64,000 bases of DNA, taken from contig JANRIU010000063.1 of assembly GCA_033764615.1 (NCBI GenBank), positions 2,779-66,778 of the forward strand, read 5' to 3'. Position 1 is the stretch's first letter, and each line of letters starts with the position of its first letter. The notes beneath the pieces are model-generated. The model searched no databases, was not told the DNA's origin, and saw nothing but the letters and a program-made list of their open reading frames with translations. This document shows, in pieces, positions 61,794 through 64,000 of the stretch. Origin of the DNA: Gemmatimonadales bacterium. Lineage in GTDB: Bacteria > Gemmatimonadota > Gemmatimonadetes > Gemmatimonadales > GWC2-71-9. The position numbers and the translations under genes are program-made.

Positions 61794-64000
61794 TCCACCC
61801 ACGCGTAGAGCGTCGGCACCACCAGCAGCGTCAGCAGCGTCGCGGTCACGAGGCCGCCGATCACCACCACCGCGAGCGGGCGCTGCAGCTCGGCGCCGGC
61901 GGACTGCGACGTCGCCATCGGCACGAAGCCGAGGCCGGCGACGGCCGCGGTCATGAGCACGGGCCGGAGCCGCTGCGCGGCGCCGTGCACGACGGCGACC
62001 TCGAGCGGCTCGCCGTGGGCGCGGCGATCGTTGACGGCGGTGACGAGCACGACGCCGTTCAGCACCGCGATCCCGAACAGCGCGATGAAGCCGATGAGCG
62101 CGCTCACCGAGAGGTCGAGCCCCGCGAGCCAGAGCGCCATGACGCCGCCGACGAGGGCGAACGGCACGTTGGTCATGATGAGCAGCGGGTGGCGCACGGT
62201 GCGGAACGCGGCCCACAGCAGCAGCAGGATGGCGAGGATCGACAGCGGCACGAGGATGCGGAGGCGCGCCGCCGCGGTCTGCTGGTGCGTGTACTGCCCG
62301 CCCCACTCGTAGCGGTAGCCGACGGGGAGCGGCACCTGGCGCGCGAGGCGCGCCCGCGCATCGTCCACGAAGCCCACCACGTCGCGCCCGCGGATGTTGG
62401 CGCCCACCACCACCAGCCGCTGCCCGCCCTCGTGCGCGAACGTCTCGGGCGCGTCGACCACCGCGAGCCGCGCCACGGCCTGCAGCGGCACGCGCGCCCC
62501 CGCGGGCGTGGGCACCGGGAGGAGGCCGAGCAGCGGCGGGTCGAGCCGGTTCGCGTCGGGGATGCGCACGGCGATGCCGATGCGCCGGGGCCCGTCCACC
62601 ACCTGCGAGGCGATGCTGGCGCCGAGCGCGCGCTCGAGCTCGCCGGCGATCGCGTCCACCGTGACGCCGAGCCGAGCCATGGCGGGGCGGTCGAGCGTGA
62701 TCGCGAGCTGCTTCACGCGGTTGGCGGCGTTCGCCTTCACGTCGGCGGCGCCCGGCACGTCGCGCAGCACCGCCTCCACGCGGCGCGCGAGCCGCGCGAG
62801 CTCCTCCACGTCGGGGCCGAAGATGCGGACGCCGACGTCCGTCGTGATCCCCGTCTCGGCCTCGTCGAGCCGCATCTGGATCGGCTGCGTGAACGCCACG
62901 GCGAGCCCCGGCACCTCCCGCAGCGCCGAGTCCATCGCCGCCACGAGCGCCGCCTTCCCCCCGGGGCGCCACGTGGCGCGATCCCGCAGCATGATGTACG
63001 TGTCGCTCTCGTAGGCGCCCATCGCGTCGGTGGCGAGGTCGGGCCGGCCGAGCTTGCTCACGACGGTCGACACCTCGGGCATGGCGGCCAGCTTCCGCTC
63101 GATGGCGAGCGAGTACTGGACGCCGTCGCCGATGGCGGTGGACGGGAGGCGGCGCGACTGCACGAGCACGGCGCCCTCGTCGAGGCGCGGCATGAACTCG
63201 AGGCCGAGATGGCTGCCGGCCCAGACCGCCGCGCCGACGAGCGCCACCGCGCCGCCCACCACGAGGCGCCGGTGCCGCAGGGTGTCGTGCAGCAGCCGCT
63301 CGTAGCGCGCGCGGAACCGGTCGAAGGCGGGGCTGTGCGGCTCCTCCGCATGCTCGAGGAAGGTGCGCGCGGCCGCCGGCACCACGGTGAGCGCGAGCAG
63401 GAGCGAGCCGAGCACCGCGGCGACCACCGTGAACGCCATCGGGATGAACATCCGTCCCTCGAGCCCCTCGAGCGCGAAGAGCGGGACGTAGACGGCGATG
63501 ATGATCCCGATGCCGAACACCACCGGGCGCCCCACCTCCAGCGTGGCGGCGGCCATCCGCTCGGCGACGCTCCCCGCGCGGTCGTGCGCGCGGCGCATGA
63601 CGTTCTCGACCACCACCACCGACCCGTCGACCAGCAGCCCGAAGTCGAGCGCGCCGAGCGACATGAGGTTCGCCGAGTAGCCGAAGAGCCGCATGGCGAC
63701 GAACGCCCAGAGCATCGAGAGCGGGATCACGACCGCGACGATGAGGCCCGCCGCGACCGACCGCAGGAACGCCCAGAGCAGCATCACCACGAGGGTGCCG
63801 CCGAGGAGCAGGTTCTTGCTGATGGTGTGGGTGGTGCGGGCGACGAGCTCGGCCTGGTCGTAGAACGGCACGAGCTCCACGCCGGGCGGGAGCGTCGCGC
63901 GGAGCTCGGCGACGCGCGCCTGCACGCGCGCGATGACGTCGCGCGCGTTCTCGCCCTTGCGCATGATCACCATGCCGGCGACGACCTCGCCGCGGCCGTT
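61742..64000 (-). CDS. CzcA/CusA-type heavy-metal RND efflux pump, C-terminal ~750 aa (5' end outside the window)
   Basis: The reading frame stays open to the window edge. Typical RND periplasmic/TM alternation and HME-type sequence. The C-terminal ERRTSGRADGRAA is encoded by the repeat arm. Confidence 0.9.
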   Translation of the reverse strand, partial: NGRGEVVAGMVIMRKGENARDVIARVQARVAELRATLPPGVELVPFYDQAELVARTTHTISKNLLLGGTLVVMLLWAFLRSVAAGLIVAVVIPLSMLWAFVAMRLFGYSANLMSLGALDFGLLVDGSVVVVENVMRRAHDRAGSVAERMAAATLEVGRPVVFGIGIIIAVYVPLFALEGLEGRMFIPMAFTVVAAVLGSLLLALTVVPAAARTFLEHAEEPHSPAFDRFRARYERLLHDTLRHRRLVVGGAVALVGAAVWAGSHLGLEFMPRLDEGAVLVQSRRLPSTAIGDGVQYSLAIERKLAAMPEVSTVVSKLGRPDLATDAMGAYESDTYIMLRDRATWRPGGKAALVAAMDSALREVPGLAVAFTQPIQMRLDEAETGITTDVGVRIFGPDVEELARLARRVEAVLRDVPGAADVKANAANRVKQLAITLDRPAMARLGVTVDAIAGELERALGASIASQVVDGPRRIGIAVRIPDANRLDPPLLGLLPVPTPAGARVPLQAVARLAVVDAPETFAHEGGQRLVVVGANIRGRDVVGFVDDARARLARQVPLPVGYRYEWGGQYTHQQTAAARLRILVPLSILAILLLLWAAFRTVRHPLLIMTNVPFALVGGVMALWLAGLDLSVSALIGFIALFGIAVLNGVVLVTAVNDRRAHGEPLEVAVVHGAAQRLRPVLMTAAVAGLGFVPMATSQSAGAELQRPLAVVVIGGLVTATLLTLLVVPTLYAWVERRTSGRADGRAATGAH

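Overview
This is a very GC-rich (roughly 70% by eye) bacterial chromosomal segment, tightly packed with about 63 protein-coding genes, many joined by 4-nt ATGA/GTGA overlaps. I saw no rRNA, tRNA, CRISPR array, transposase, integrase or phage gene. Most long ORFs in the six-frame track are GC-driven artefacts antisense to, or out of frame with, the real genes.

Gene content is mostly core metabolism and envelope:
- Lipid, transport and cytochrome c maturation: partial fabF, an aquaporin, ccmA-B-C plus a hidden 44-aa ccmD, acs, dsbA-like and kup.
- Envelope and stress: OsmC, a CDP-alcohol phosphatidyltransferase, two PEP-CTERM proteins, a TPR / fused M16 peptidase / TPR operon, a CPBP protease and a TolC-like protein.
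- Regulation and cofactor synthesis: aceB, a histidine kinase with a sigma-54-dependent response regulator, and a complete pqqABCDE operon (24-aa pqqA not in the ORF track) followed by an ABC-2 exporter.
- Metal and redox: DUF411/CopG-like protein, Dps, CutA.
- A roughly 10 kb overlapping operon: prolyl oligopeptidase, ModA/WtpA-like binding protein, pruA, gcvT, gcvH, gcvP.
- The remainder: an acyl-ACP desaturase, metF-metH, an acyl-CoA dehydrogenase, a fasciclin protein, PBP4 and a partial CzcA/CusA-type RND pump.

The most interesting signals lie outside ordinary genes:
1. A family of at least 8 interspersed 100-137 bp elements. Each has an array of the octamer GGCGGACN facing an array of its reverse complement (GTCCGCC units). 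They sit at gene boundaries and are sometimes translated inside genes. I do not recognise this as a described repeat family.
2. Two exact and two weaker sigma-54 -24/-12 promoters in intergenic regions.
3. An ABC-2 exporter translationally coupled to pqqE through a CTGA overlap, which makes it a candidate PQQ exporter.
4. An H-type pseudoknot candidate resembling SAM-II/SAM-V in the metF-metH leader.
5. A frameshifted small outer-membrane beta-barrel gene.

The taxon cannot be determined without a search. A high-GC Gram-negative, possibly Gemmatimonadota-like, is only a guess.
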